A DNA stretch of 64,000 bases from Candidatus Uhrbacteria bacterium (lineage in GTDB: Bacteria; Patescibacteriota; Patescibacteriia; UBA9934; GWF2-40-263): NCBI GenBank assembly GCA_026395055.1, contig JAPLZK010000003.1, positions 99,855-163,854 of the forward strand. Direction: 5' to 3'. The translations under genes were made by a program, and so were the position numbers. The notes beneath the pieces are model-generated. The model was not told where the DNA came from. It did no database searches and saw only the letters and a program-made list of their open reading frames with translations. Positions 1-9,732 of the stretch are shown in pieces; within the stretch, counting starts at the first letter, position 1; the number at the start of each line of letters is the position of its first letter.

Positions 1-813
1 CTCCTTGGGCGCATCTTAATTGCGAAAGAGGGAATCAATGGAACGGTTGAGGGGCTTGTTGAGAATATTCGCGAGTATGAACGTCGCATGCATACATTTG
101 ATGGGAAACCCGGAACATTCGGTGATTTCTCAGATGTCTGGTTTAAAGGAAGTCCTTCGAATGGAGGTGCGTTTGAGAAGCTCAAGGTGAAGGCACGAAC
201 AGAGATTGTGGCAACGGGATTATCGGATGAAGAAGAACTTGATCCAAACCAAATTACGGGAACACATATTGAAGCAGAGGAATTAAAGCAATGGATTGAA
301 CGTGGAGAAGAATTTGAGATTATCGACATGCGTAATGACTATGAACATGCGGTCGGGCATTTCTCCGGATCTCGTGACAGCGGAATGAAAAACTTCCGAG
401 ATCTTCCAAATATTGCTTCGCTTCATGAAGATATCAAAGAGAAAAAAGTCTTAACGGTTTGTACGTATGGAGTGCGCTGTGAAAAAGCGTCTGGGTATCT
501 GAAACAGAAGGGTTTCAAAAATGTGTATCAATTGCACGGGGGCATTGGTACGTATATGAAGAAATACCCTGGCCAAGATTTTCTTGGATCTCTCTATGTA
601 TTTGATGACCGCATGACGGAACAATTCACAGATCACTATCAAAAGATTGGAACATGTGTGGTCTGTGCCGCTACCAGTGAACGATTCGGAAATTGTGCCT
701 GGTCAGACTGTCACAAACAGCTCATTATTTGCGAGGCGTGTGCGCCAAACAAAACGACCATTTATTGCGGAAAAGACTGCGAATTATCGCACATGAAGGG
801 GGTTGCCAAATAA
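1..813 (+). CDS. trhO: Rhodanese-domain tRNA hydroxylase (TrhO/UPF0176 family), 5'-truncated by window edge
   Basis: Frame is open from base 1 (LLGRILIAKEGINGTV). Motifs: DMRNDYEHAVGHF, CTYGVRCEKAS, QLHGGI, LYVFDDR and a C-terminal Cys cluster. Confidence 0.9.
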   Translation, partial: LLGRILIAKEGINGTVEGLVENIREYERRMHTFDGKPGTFGDFSDVWFKGSPSNGGAFEKLKVKARTEIVATGLSDEEELDPNQITGTHIEAEELKQWIERGEEFEIIDMRNDYEHAVGHFSGSRDSGMKNFRDLPNIASLHEDIKEKKVLTVCTYGVRCEKASGYLKQKGFKNVYQLHGGIGTYMKKYPGQDFLGSLYVFDDRMTEQFTDHYQKIGTCVVCAATSERFGNCAWSDCHKQLIICEACAPNKTTIYCGKDCELSHMKGVAK

Positions 814-910
814 CCCTTTTTTTGTTACACTTCCGGCGTCCTTGAGGATTGATGTATTTCAACAATCAAGACAATGGCGCCCTTTCTAATTCACCTAACC
901 GATCTCACCT

Positions 911-1159
911 ATGATGCTTTTTTTCATTGGTCTTGTTGAAATGGTCATTGCGACCACTTGGACAAGATTTGTATCACGGGGACAATTGTTCGCAAGTTCG
1001 TTTATTACGTTTGTGAACATCCTGATCTGGTATTATGTCCTGCGACAAATCATTTCTGATTTGGGCGACTGGTCCATTATCGTGCTTTATGCCGCCGGTT
1101 GCGCAACCGGAACCCTCTTGGCCATGTATTTCCTTGACCGAAATCCGCTCAAAGAATAA
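911..1159 (+). CDS. Small membrane protein (DUF5698/DUF2179-like)
   Basis: 82 aa with three hydrophobic segments and a YAAGCATGT motif. Confidence 0.6.
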   Translation: MMLFFIGLVEMVIATTWTRFVSRGQLFASSFITFVNILIWYYVLRQIISDLGDWSIIVLYAAGCATGTLLAMYFLDRNPLKE

Positions 1160-1248
1160 TCGCTCCAGAAGTGAATACCTGTTGGACACTTTATGAATCC
1201 AGAACAATCTGCAGACCCTGAGCCCACATAAAAAGACCACTTCAAGCG

Positions 1249-1692
1249 TTAGCGATGAGTGGTCTTTTTGTTTTTCTTTGTGCAGGCTTTGCAGATTCCA
1301 AAGAGTTCCATGGCATGTTCGTGAATAGACGCGAACTTTTTTGTTTGTTTCAAAACACGTTTGATGATCTTCTCAGTTTCACATTCTTCAAAATTTTCGA
1401 CGAGGCCGCAAGAGACGCAGACGAGGTGATGGTGATCGTCTTCATCACGAGCGAGTTCGTAATCGATGTGGCCGTGGCGGAGATTCACCTCACGAATGAT
1501 GCCGGCTTCGAGGAAAGATTGGATAATTCGATAAATAGTTGCTTGATTCGCAACCTGATTGTCGATGCTGTCACAAATTTCTTGGGAGCTGATCGGATGA
1601 ACGATTCCTTTTAACAGAGAAAGAACAGCAAAGCGTGGTTGAGTAATCTTAAAACCATGAAGATTTAAGATTTGTGCTTCAATACTGTCCAT
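1249..1692 (-). CDS. zur: Fur-family metalloregulator, probably Zur
   Basis: KITQPRFAVL, ATIYR, HHHLVCVSCG and CKAC motifs; divergent from znuACB. Start reassigned to ATG at 1692 (MDSIEAQ). Confidence 0.85.
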   Translation of the reverse strand: MDSIEAQILNLHGFKITQPRFAVLSLLKGIVHPISSQEICDSIDNQVANQATIYRIIQSFLEAGIIREVNLRHGHIDYELARDEDDHHHLVCVSCGLVENFEECETEKIIKRVLKQTKKFASIHEHAMELFGICKACTKKNKKTTHR

Positions 1693-1721
1693 GTCCAAAA
1701 GTGGGGAAGCTGATTTCATAG

Positions 1722-1749
1722 TTGACGATATCCTATCAACTGCTATCAT
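1722..1749 (+). promoter_or_regulatory. Sigma70-type promoter for znuACB
   Basis: TTGACG (1722-27), 16-nt spacer, TGn-TATCAT (-10 at 1744-49). Confidence 0.55.
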
Positions 1750-1754
1750 ATTTG

Positions 1755-1777
1755 TAAATGCGAATGATTCGCATTTA
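1755..1777. promoter_or_regulatory. Zur/Fur box, perfect 11-1-11 palindrome
   Basis: TAAATGCGAAT-G-ATTCGCATTTA between divergent zur and znuA, just downstream of the -10. Resembles Firmicute Zur boxes (TAAATCGTAATnATTACGATTTA). Confidence 0.85.
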
Positions 1778-1953
1778 GAAAAAGTGCTTTTCGAACAAGA
1801 TACACACAACGATCGCATTTAGTCTCCCTCTTTTTCTATTTTTGATCTAAGCAGATACCCGCCGTTTCAGAACAAACGTCATCGACGTAACAACGATTCT
1901 TTTCTTTTATAAGGCTGTGGCCTTCGCCCCTTCTCGTTCACTAAAAATCTCCT

Positions 1954-2892
1954 ATGAAAAAAAATACAATCGTCATCATGATCCTTTTATGTGTTGCCAG
2001 CCTCTTTATCTGGTTGCTTGCGTCACATCCAACTCCAACACAACACCAAACATCTTTAGAGGCAAAAATACACATCGTCGCCAGCTTTTATCCTGTCGCA
2101 GAATTTGCGCGTGCCGTTGGAGGGGAACTTGTTGATGTAACAACCATTACACCGGCCGGGACAGAGCCCCATGACTACGAACCAAATGCGCAACAGGTCT
2201 CCTCTGTTTATTCATCTGATATTTTTCTGTACAATGGTGGGGGAGTAGACGCATGGGCAACACGCATTGCGTCTGATGTTGCATTACACAGGAGTACTGT
2301 TGTTGAGTTAAGCAAAACAATTCCTGTTGTTCAGCCGGCCGCAGGCAGTGAAGATCCAAATGCAGTCTTCGATCCACACTTCTGGCTTGATCCCGTTCTT
2401 GCTCAGAAAGAAGTTTTGTTGATTGAACAAACACTTGCACAGAAAGATGCATTGCATGCAGAACTCTATAAAAAAAATGCGGACGACTACGTGGCAAAAT
2501 TGATCGAACTCGATCAGTCATACAAGACAGGACTCTCTTCCTGTAAAAATAACACGGTTGTCACATCGCACGCAGCATTTGCTTATCTTGCAAAAGAGTA
2601 TGACTTTGAAGTGATTCCCATTAGCGGATTTTCCCCTGAGGAAGAACCGTCTGCAGGGAGATTAGCGGAGATTGCAAAGCTTGCGAAACAAAAGAACATA
2701 AAATATATCTATTTTGAAACACTTGCGAGTCCAAAACTTTCCGAAACAATTGCGCGAGAGATCGGGGCGAAGACCCTTGTCTTTAATCCGCTTGAGGGTG
2801 TGTCTGCGGAAGATCAAGCACTTGGAAAGAATTATCTGACAATCATGCAGGAGAATTTAACAAATCTTAAAACAGGAATGGTGTGCCAGTAA
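1954..2892 (+). CDS. znuA: Zinc ABC transporter substrate-binding protein
   Basis: EPHDYEP, DPHFWLDP, TSHAAFAYLA and EPS motifs; N-terminal anchor. Confidence 0.92.
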   Translation: MKKNTIVIMILLCVASLFIWLLASHPTPTQHQTSLEAKIHIVASFYPVAEFARAVGGELVDVTTITPAGTEPHDYEPNAQQVSSVYSSDIFLYNGGGVDAWATRIASDVALHRSTVVELSKTIPVVQPAAGSEDPNAVFDPHFWLDPVLAQKEVLLIEQTLAQKDALHAELYKKNADDYVAKLIELDQSYKTGLSSCKNNTVVTSHAAFAYLAKEYDFEVIPISGFSPEEEPSAGRLAEIAKLAKQKNIKYIYFETLASPKLSETIAREIGAKTLVFNPLEGVSAEDQALGKNYLTIMQENLTNLKTGMVCQ

Positions 2893-3644
2893 AAAAGAAA
2901 TCGCCAATTATCGCCGTGCATAATTTAACGTTTGAGCGTGGACAAGAACATGTCATCCACGATTTTTCGTTTGAGATTCATGCAGGAGATTACGTTGGGG
3001 TCATTGGGCCAAACGGAGGGGGAAAAACAACCCTTCTGCGTTTGTTGCTCGGACTTTTGGTCCCACATCATGGAGAGATTACTATTTTGGGTGGACGCCC
3101 AACAGACAGATCTGTGCGCAGACAAGTTGGGTATGTTGCACAGCGCGGCGGAAGTATTGATCCGCAATTTCCCGCAACCGTTGAAGAAGTTGTTCGTTCA
3201 GGGAGAACGGCACAGCACGGATTGTTTGGACGCATCGGAAAAAAAGACGAGGCTGCCATTCAACACGCCATTAAAATGATGGGAATTGAACCACTCTTAC
3301 ACAGATCCATTGGAAAACTTTCTGGTGGGGAACGGCAAAAGGTTTTACTTGCACGTGCCCTTGCCGGTGAACCAAAGATTTTATTTCTCGATGAACCTGT
3401 GGATGGTTTAGATCCCACTTCACGTGATGAATTTTACGCACTGCTCAGAAAACTCAACAAAGATGGGCTTACAATCATCTCGGTTTCACATGATGTCCAT
3501 ACCGTTTCACAAGAAGCACGATCTGCGATTTGTTTGAAACACCAACTCGTTTGTCATGGATCAAAGGCGTGTCTCATCGGACAAGAAGAATTAAGAGATC
3601 TTTTTCACAAGGATCGCAAAGAGTTGTTACATCATCACCACTAA
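2883..3644 (+). CDS. znuC: Zinc ABC transporter ATP-binding protein
   Basis: Walker A GPNGGGKTT, LSGGERQ, LDEP, SHD; His-rich tail. Confidence 0.92.
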   Translation: MPVKKKSPIIAVHNLTFERGQEHVIHDFSFEIHAGDYVGVIGPNGGGKTTLLRLLLGLLVPHHGEITILGGRPTDRSVRRQVGYVAQRGGSIDPQFPATVEEVVRSGRTAQHGLFGRIGKKDEAAIQHAIKMMGIEPLLHRSIGKLSGGERQKVLLARALAGEPKILFLDEPVDGLDPTSRDEFYALLRKLNKDGLTIISVSHDVHTVSQEARSAICLKHQLVCHGSKACLIGQEELRDLFHKDRKELLHHHH

Positions 3645-3645
3645 T

Positions 3646-4449
3646 ATGCTCGAAATTCTTACCTTAGAGTTTATGCGTCGAGCATTTGCCGTCGGACTCG
3701 TGGTGGCACTTGTTGCGCCAACGATCGGCTTATTTTTTGTCGTACGCCGTTACAGTGCGATTGCAGATACGCTTGCGCACATGTCCCTTGCGGGTGTTGC
3801 TCTTGCGCTTGTTACCGGTCTTGCAGCAATCCCAACAGCGCTTGTTGTTTCAGTTGTATCCGTACTTGGAATAGAAAAAATGCGTGAACGGAAAACCCTT
3901 CCGGCAGAAACAATCGTTTCTTTGTTTTTATTTGGTGGTTTGGCTGTTGGTGTTGTTCTTCTTGGTCTTGCTCGAGGAAAAAATGTGAACGTCATGAATT
4001 ATCTTTTCGGAAATATCGTAACGGTTACGAACGCGGATATTCTCTCGGTCAGCATGATTGGGGGAGCGGCGTTTTTCATCGCCCTCATCTTGTGGCGATC
4101 CTTATTTGCGGTTTCCATTGATGAAGACACGGCAGAAGCAAATGGAATTCCTGTGAAGTGGTTGAATCGAATTTTGGCAATCTTGGGGGCGGCAACCATC
4201 GCGATCTCCATGAATGTCGTGGGTGTTCTCTTGATTGGTGCACTTATGGTGATCCCCGTCCTTGCAGCCATGCAATTCAAACAAGGATTTCATACAACAT
4301 GGGTTATTTCTCTTTGTGTTTCCATTCTTTCTGTTGTGAGTGGACTTCTTGCCTCGTATTATTACGATCTCGCAAGCGGAGGAACAATCGTTCTTGGAAC
4401 CATTGCGTGTTTTATTCTTGCTTCCATTTTTTCTAAAGCATCGGTATGA
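3646..4449 (+). CDS. znuB: Zinc ABC transporter permease
   Basis: DTLAHMSLAG, NYLFGNI, VGVLLIGALMVIP; multiple TM helices. Confidence 0.92.
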   Translation: MLEILTLEFMRRAFAVGLVVALVAPTIGLFFVVRRYSAIADTLAHMSLAGVALALVTGLAAIPTALVVSVVSVLGIEKMRERKTLPAETIVSLFLFGGLAVGVVLLGLARGKNVNVMNYLFGNIVTVTNADILSVSMIGGAAFFIALILWRSLFAVSIDEDTAEANGIPVKWLNRILAILGAATIAISMNVVGVLLIGALMVIPVLAAMQFKQGFHTTWVISLCVSILSVVSGLLASYYYDLASGGTIVLGTIACFILASIFSKASV

Positions 4450-4853
4450 AATTTCAAACCGCGTTTGTAGCAATCTTGACGGTTTACCTTGTGAACCAGG
4501 TGTTGAACTCCTTTGGGGTGTATGGGTTTTTTCCAAACATCGATATCCCCATGCATTTCCTTGGCGGTTTTACCATGAGCATGCTTGGTTACGCGCTGTA
4601 TCAGAAGGGAATCAAGAAACAAAAATTACCAGAATGGTTCGCATATCTGTTCATTGTCAGCTTTGGTTTGTTCATCGGAGTCTTCTGGGAAATTCATGAA
4701 TGGATTTTGGATCACACGATTCACACATGGCGACATGTGGCGTTTTCACAGAGTTCAAATGATGACACGATGAAAGATCTATTAGATGATTGGCTTGGTG
4801 CGAGTGTTTCCTATCTCACGTTTCGAAAAAGCAAAATACAGAAACAGCCTTGA
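4446..4853 (+). CDS. Membrane protein with H-x-L-GG / WE-x-x-E / DT-x-x-DL motifs (DUF2238/VanZ-like)
   Basis: MHFLGG, FWEIHEW, DTMKDLLDD; ATGA overlap with znuB. Confidence 0.65.
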   Translation: MKFQTAFVAILTVYLVNQVLNSFGVYGFFPNIDIPMHFLGGFTMSMLGYALYQKGIKKQKLPEWFAYLFIVSFGLFIGVFWEIHEWILDHTIHTWRHVAFSQSSNDDTMKDLLDDWLGASVSYLTFRKSKIQKQP

Positions 4854-4864
4854 GGGGCTGTTTT
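4843..4864 (+). terminator. Intrinsic terminator
   Basis: AACAGCC-ttgagg-GGCTGTT hairpin followed by T's. Confidence 0.6.
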
Positions 4865-4951
4865 AGCCTGGGAATTCTCGATTGCACAGCATAGCTTGTC
4901 AGATGAAGACGAGACCGCTATACTCACCCCGGTTCATTGACGGAGGAGCTC

Positions 4952-5299
4952 ATGCCGCACGCGCTTAATCTTGTTGTGATCTATACGGCAAAGCTTGAGG
5001 AGGTAAAGGCATTTTACGAAAAGCTTGGGATTAAGTTCGTGGCGGAAAAACATGGGAATGGTCCAGAACATTTCTCCGCCACGTTTGCGAATCGTGTTCT
5101 GTTTGAGATCTACCCTGGGAAGAAAAGCAAGGGCGGTATCGGATTTGAGACGATTCGATACAATGAACTCTCGCTTCGCGTCATCACAGAAGCTATGACG
5201 CCAACATTCGAAATCCACCACGGTCGTCGTTATGTGATCTTGCATGATCCAGATGGCCGCCGCGTTCAGATTGTTGAATCAATATCTTCACCGCGCTAA
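4952..5299 (+). CDS. VOC/glyoxalase-superfamily protein
   Basis: NLVVIY..LEEVKAFYEKLG, EKHGNGPEH, DPDGRRVQI; GGAGG SD before ATG 4952. Confidence 0.8.
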   Translation: MPHALNLVVIYTAKLEEVKAFYEKLGIKFVAEKHGNGPEHFSATFANRVLFEIYPGKKSKGGIGFETIRYNELSLRVITEAMTPTFEIHHGRRYVILHDPDGRRVQIVESISSPR

Positions 5300-5367
5300 C
5301 TCACCCGAAAGGATGAGTTTTTTCTTATCTTTTCTTTGAGGAAAAAACGTGTTAGCATTTCCCTAAC

Positions 5368-5700
5368 ATGAAACATCTTACACTCATGATTCTCGCCGCA
5401 ATCCTCTTTGTTGGACTTACCTATGCAGGGAAGTCGCTTTTTGGCATGGATGACGGAATGCAGATGGGGAATATTGAGTGTGTGAATCACTGTATTGATA
5501 CGTCTGTATTTCCAAGTGTTCCCTCAACAGCGCTCCCGGTTCTCTTGTTCGTTCTTGTATTTCTTGCGCGCGAGATTCTTCGCTGCGCTCAGAATGACAC
5601 AAGTGGACGTTTCAATACGGCACAATATGTCCGTCTGACCGAACCAATACGCCTTTCTCTTCGTGGGAACACATTTTCTCCTGTCATGATCCGAGATTAG
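5368..5700 (+). CDS. Small exported/membrane protein with Met-rich and CxxHC motifs (possible copper-binding accessory protein)
   Basis: Signal-like N terminus, MDDGMQMG, CVNHC; first gene upstream of the copper cluster. Confidence 0.5.
   Translation: MKHLTLMILAAILFVGLTYAGKSLFGMDDGMQMGNIECVNHCIDTSVFPSVPSTALPVLLFVLVFLAREILRCAQNDTSGRFNTAQYVRLTEPIRLSLRGNTFSPVMIRD
5572..5599. repeat. Palindromic-element half copy inside a CDS
   Basis: GAGATTCTTCGCTGCGCTCAGAATGACA, related to the elements at 45905 and 47454. Confidence 0.55.
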
Positions 5701-5749
5701 ACCAAACATCTGATTTGTTTTAAGTCATGTATTGTTTGGTTTTTGTTTT

Positions 5750-6808
5750 ATGCAAAGTTTTACGTTTATTTCCGCTCTTTTACTTGGGTTTGTTGCAGGA
5801 AGTTCGTCCTGTCTTGCTGTCTCTGGTGGATTGTTGTTATCCATGATTGGAAAGTCACATGACAGACTAGGCGCCATGTCAAAAAGTGCACGCATGCGTT
5901 TTACGTGGTCTTTTGTGATCGGACGTATTGCGGCGTACACCATTCTTGGTGGAGTGATTGGCATCATTGGCTCCTCGTTTACCTTTTCCCCTTGGGTAAC
6001 CGGTGTGATCACCCTTCTTGCTGCGGCGTACATGATTATCGCTGGACTCGAAATGCTGCAGATGGCGCCGAACTGGTTGAAATGCGCGATTCCACGTCCG
6101 CCAAAGTGGTTGTCGAATAAAATTCTGGATAGTGATGGAAACCCAAATCCATTCGCGCCATTCTTGCTTGGTGCCGCAACATTTTTCTTGCCATGTGGAT
6201 TCACACAATCCTTACAAATTTACGCACTGACGACGGCAAGTTTTACAACAGGCGCTTTGATTCTTGGAGCGTTTGCCATTGGAACCGCGCCTGCACTTCT
6301 TGCGCTTGGATTTGCTTCTGGTGCATTGAACGGAAAAACAGGGAAGTTTGTTCTGAAAATTGCGGGTGTCTTTATTTTATATCTTGCGATGGGAAATATT
6401 CAGAATGGACTCACGCTCCTTGGGCACCCAATCTCATTTGCCTCAGCTGCGCCTTCTGCCGGATACCGTGTCACGTCCACTGGAATTGACGCAGGATCTC
6501 CAACCACAAATACCCAAGCACCCATCTTGGAACAAAATGGTGTTCAACAGTTGCGTCTCGCCATAACAGACACAGCACCTTTTTATGCTCCATCAAATCA
6601 ACTGACCGCAACCGCTGGGAAACCGGTTCATCTTGAAATTGATGGTGTTGCAGGTGGTTGCCGTAGTGTCTTTCAAATTCCAGGCGTTGGAGTTCAAATG
6701 TTATTGAATCAAGAAAAAAATGTTGTCGATTTTACTCCAACAAAACCAGGGTCTTATCCCTTTAGTTGTTCCATGGGTATGTATCGTGGAACGTTAAACG
6801 TACTCTAA
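5750..6808 (+). CDS. TauE/SafE (DsbD_2-like) membrane protein with C-terminal cupredoxin domain
   Basis: SSCLAVSGG, GRIAAY, FLPCGFTQ, and C-terminal FSCSMGMYRG; directly upstream of copA. Confidence 0.85.
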   Translation: MQSFTFISALLLGFVAGSSSCLAVSGGLLLSMIGKSHDRLGAMSKSARMRFTWSFVIGRIAAYTILGGVIGIIGSSFTFSPWVTGVITLLAAAYMIIAGLEMLQMAPNWLKCAIPRPPKWLSNKILDSDGNPNPFAPFLLGAATFFLPCGFTQSLQIYALTTASFTTGALILGAFAIGTAPALLALGFASGALNGKTGKFVLKIAGVFILYLAMGNIQNGLTLLGHPISFASAAPSAGYRVTSTGIDAGSPTTNTQAPILEQNGVQQLRLAITDTAPFYAPSNQLTATAGKPVHLEIDGVAGGCRSVFQIPGVGVQMLLNQEKNVVDFTPTKPGSYPFSCSMGMYRGTLNVL

Positions 6809-6809
6809 T

Positions 6810-9116
6810 ATGTCCACCAAAAAAACAGTCGCGATTCGCGGCATGCATTGTGCAAGCTGCTCTCTTACGATTGAACGCGCACTCAAAAAAATGGAAGGGG
6901 TTGAATCAGCAGAGGTAAGTTATGGCACAGAAAAAGCCAAGATTGTTTTTGATGAATTGAAGGTGGATATTGCAAAGATGTCCAAAGTTATTGATCCACT
7001 TGGTTACACGCTCGTTGAAGAACAACCAGCTGCCGCGTCTATGAACATGTCTGCGGAATCCATGGGGATGTCGGAGAGTGAACATGCAGCGCATCTTGGA
7101 TTGAATCAAACCAAAAAAGAAAAGCTTGCAGAGCTTCATCAAATGAAGGTCATGTTGTTTTCTGTCATTCCACTTGCGATTGTTAGCCTCTTTCTCATGG
7201 GTTGGGATCTTTTTGCGCAATTGAAACTTGTTGCGGAGATGTCTTATGCAACAAAAGAATTCTTTCATCATCTGATGCCACTTTTTGCTACGTACACACT
7301 GTTCGTAGTTGGAAAGCCCTATCTTCTCGGATTATATCGATTTATCCGATATGGCAAGGCAAACATGGACACGCTTATTGGAATGGGAACGCTCGCGGCA
7401 TTTATTTATAGTTTTGTCGTGACGGCATTTGAAGAACAGTTGCGTCCATTTTTGAATGTGGATGTGACGTATTACGATGTAACGATTGTTGTAATCGCAT
7501 TCATTGCTCTCGGGAAGTATCTCGAGGTTCGATCTAAGTTGAAGACGGGAGATGCGATTGAGGCGTTGCTGACATTACAGGCAAAGACCGCGCTTGTTGT
7601 TCGAGATGGAATGGAAATGGAGCTTCCGCTCGACCAAGTTGTTCACGGAGATATTCTTATTGTAAAACCCGCAGGAAAGATTCCTGTCGACGGCATCGTT
7701 CTTGAGGGAGCATCGTACGTGGATGAGGCAATGATCACGGGAGAACCGATTCCTGTTTCGAAATCTGTAAACGATCGCGTGATTGCGGGAACGATGAACA
7801 CAACCGGATCAGTTACCATGCGCGCCACAAAGATTGGTGCAGAGACCATGCTCGCGAGAATTATCCAAATGGTAGAGGACGCGCAGGGAAGTAAGGCGCC
7901 TATTCAAGCGCTTGCCGACAAGATCTCTGGTGTGTTTGTTCCGATTGTTCTTGTGATTGCATTTGTCTCGCTCGGTCTTTGGCTTATCCTCGGCACGCGT
8001 GCAATTGGATTCTCACAAGCTCTGTCGATCGGCCTTACGTGTTTTGTAGGTGTGCTTGTCATTGCTTGTCCGTGTGCGCTCGGTCTTGCGACACCAACAG
8101 CAATCATTGTTGGTGTTGGCAAAGGTGCACGCGAAGGAATTCTGATTAAGGATGCTGCTACACTCGAGAAACTGCACCAAGTGAATGTGGTTGTGGTCGA
8201 TAAGACCGGAACGATTACAAAAGGAAAACCTGAGGTTGTTGGAGGAACATCTGATCACGATCATCTTTCAATTCTCGCATCTCTCGAATCAAAGTCTGAG
8301 CATCCTATCGCGACCGCAATCATTGCGCATGCGAAGGCGAACAACATTGGTGTTCAAGCTGTGACGGACTTCGAAGTCATAAAGGGGAAAGGACTTCGTG
8401 GACAGATTGTGGGAAAAGAATATTTTGCTGGGAATACAAAGCTGATGGAAGATTTGAAGTTGCTTCTCGAACGACAATTGATCGAAGCAGCAACGCTCGA
8501 GGGAAAGACGCCCGTTATTCTCGCGACACGTTCCGAGATTCTCGGAATCGTTTACGTTGCGGATGCGATTAAGCCTGAAGCGATTGAAGCCGTTCGTGCA
8601 CTGCACAAACGTGGAATCAAGGTTGTTATGCTCACGGGTGATCATCACAACACCGCACAGTTTATTGCAACACAAGCGGGCATTGATGATGTTGTGTCTG
8701 AAGTTATGCCAGCTGATAAACTTGTGAAGATCAAAGAATTGCAATCACTAGGGAACGTTGTCGCCATGGCGGGCGATGGAATCAATGATGCTCCCGCACT
8801 CGCACAAGCAGATGTCGGGATCGCGATGGGAACGGGAACCGATGTTGCGATCGAATCATCGGGAATCACATTGCTCGGCGGCGACCTCTCGAAGCTTGTG
8901 AAAGCCATTCGTCTTTCCGAGATCACGATGCGAGGAATCAAACAGAATTTATTCTGGGCATTCTTTTATAACATTGTTGGCATCCCACTTGCGGCCGGAT
9001 TATTCTACCCATTCTTCGGATTATTACTGAACCCAATTTTTGCAGGTGCAGCAATGGCATTCTCGAGCGTGAGTGTTGTAGGAAACTCCCTTCGACTAAA
9101 AACAAAAAAACTTTAG
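6810..9116 (+). CDS. copA: Copper-translocating P1B-type ATPase
   Basis: HMA motif GMHCASC, TGEP, CPCALGLATP, DKTGT, HP, GDGINDAP, YN and MAFSS. Confidence 0.95.
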   Translation: MSTKKTVAIRGMHCASCSLTIERALKKMEGVESAEVSYGTEKAKIVFDELKVDIAKMSKVIDPLGYTLVEEQPAAASMNMSAESMGMSESEHAAHLGLNQTKKEKLAELHQMKVMLFSVIPLAIVSLFLMGWDLFAQLKLVAEMSYATKEFFHHLMPLFATYTLFVVGKPYLLGLYRFIRYGKANMDTLIGMGTLAAFIYSFVVTAFEEQLRPFLNVDVTYYDVTIVVIAFIALGKYLEVRSKLKTGDAIEALLTLQAKTALVVRDGMEMELPLDQVVHGDILIVKPAGKIPVDGIVLEGASYVDEAMITGEPIPVSKSVNDRVIAGTMNTTGSVTMRATKIGAETMLARIIQMVEDAQGSKAPIQALADKISGVFVPIVLVIAFVSLGLWLILGTRAIGFSQALSIGLTCFVGVLVIACPCALGLATPTAIIVGVGKGAREGILIKDAATLEKLHQVNVVVVDKTGTITKGKPEVVGGTSDHDHLSILASLESKSEHPIATAIIAHAKANNIGVQAVTDFEVIKGKGLRGQIVGKEYFAGNTKLMEDLKLLLERQLIEAATLEGKTPVILATRSEILGIVYVADAIKPEAIEAVRALHKRGIKVVMLTGDHHNTAQFIATQAGIDDVVSEVMPADKLVKIKELQSLGNVVAMAGDGINDAPALAQADVGIAMGTGTDVAIESSGITLLGGDLSKLVKAIRLSEITMRGIKQNLFWAFFYNIVGIPLAAGLFYPFFGLLLNPIFAGAAMAFSSVSVVGNSLRLKTKKL

Positions 9117-9147
9117 AAACAAAAAACCGCATGAGGATGCGGACAGA

Positions 9148-9639
9148 TCAGTGCATGTCTTGCTCCAGAGAGGAGAAGTTCATGAGTTCTGGTTGAAGAA
9201 AGTTCGTAGCGTAGAAGGTGATACAGAAATCATTGGGACGATTCCTGTTTTTGTGATGCGTTGAGACAACAATTGTTAACTGTTGGTTCCACGCGTCTTC
9301 AAGTTCTCGCATGTATGCTTTCAAGCTCGTGAATCGTCCTTGTCCGAATCGTTTTCGAATCATGTACGGCTCTACGAAAACCCGGTTCCCTAAACCTTGC
9401 AAGGTGTTGTCGACGACGTGTGAAAGAAACGGAGGGAGTTGCCACCAATAGTTTGGTCCATCAAATTCAAGCCAGTTCTGAGAACGGGCGAATCGAACGA
9501 GATGTGGTGGCATGGCGAGAAGAAGATCTCGAGCCAGGTTTTCCCAAAGCCGTCTGTCAAAACCGTTGCGTTCACGATAGGTTGCGTCTGTCTCAAGGAG
9601 CGAAAAGGTGCGTTCAAGTGGTCGCGTTGCAAGGAACAT
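9148..9639 (-). CDS. Hypothetical protein (about 163 aa)
   Basis: Portion of the 369-aa track ORF that does not overlap the ABC-F gene. GGGG-TTCTC-ATG at 9639; terminator-like hairpin at 9121-9142 between it and copA. Confidence 0.55.
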   Translation of the reverse strand: MFLATRPLERTFSLLETDATYRERNGFDRRLWENLARDLLLAMPPHLVRFARSQNWLEFDGPNYWWQLPPFLSHVVDNTLQGLGNRVFVEPYMIRKRFGQGRFTSLKAYMRELEDAWNQQLTIVVSTHHKNRNRPNDFCITFYATNFLQPELMNFSSLEQDMH

Positions 9640-9732
9640 GAGAACCCCCAAAGCGAGTGTGTCTGTATCGTAAGAACATTCGATTGATTCGTCAATGAAA
9701 AAAGATTGCGGTATGATGTCGCAACAAAACCT

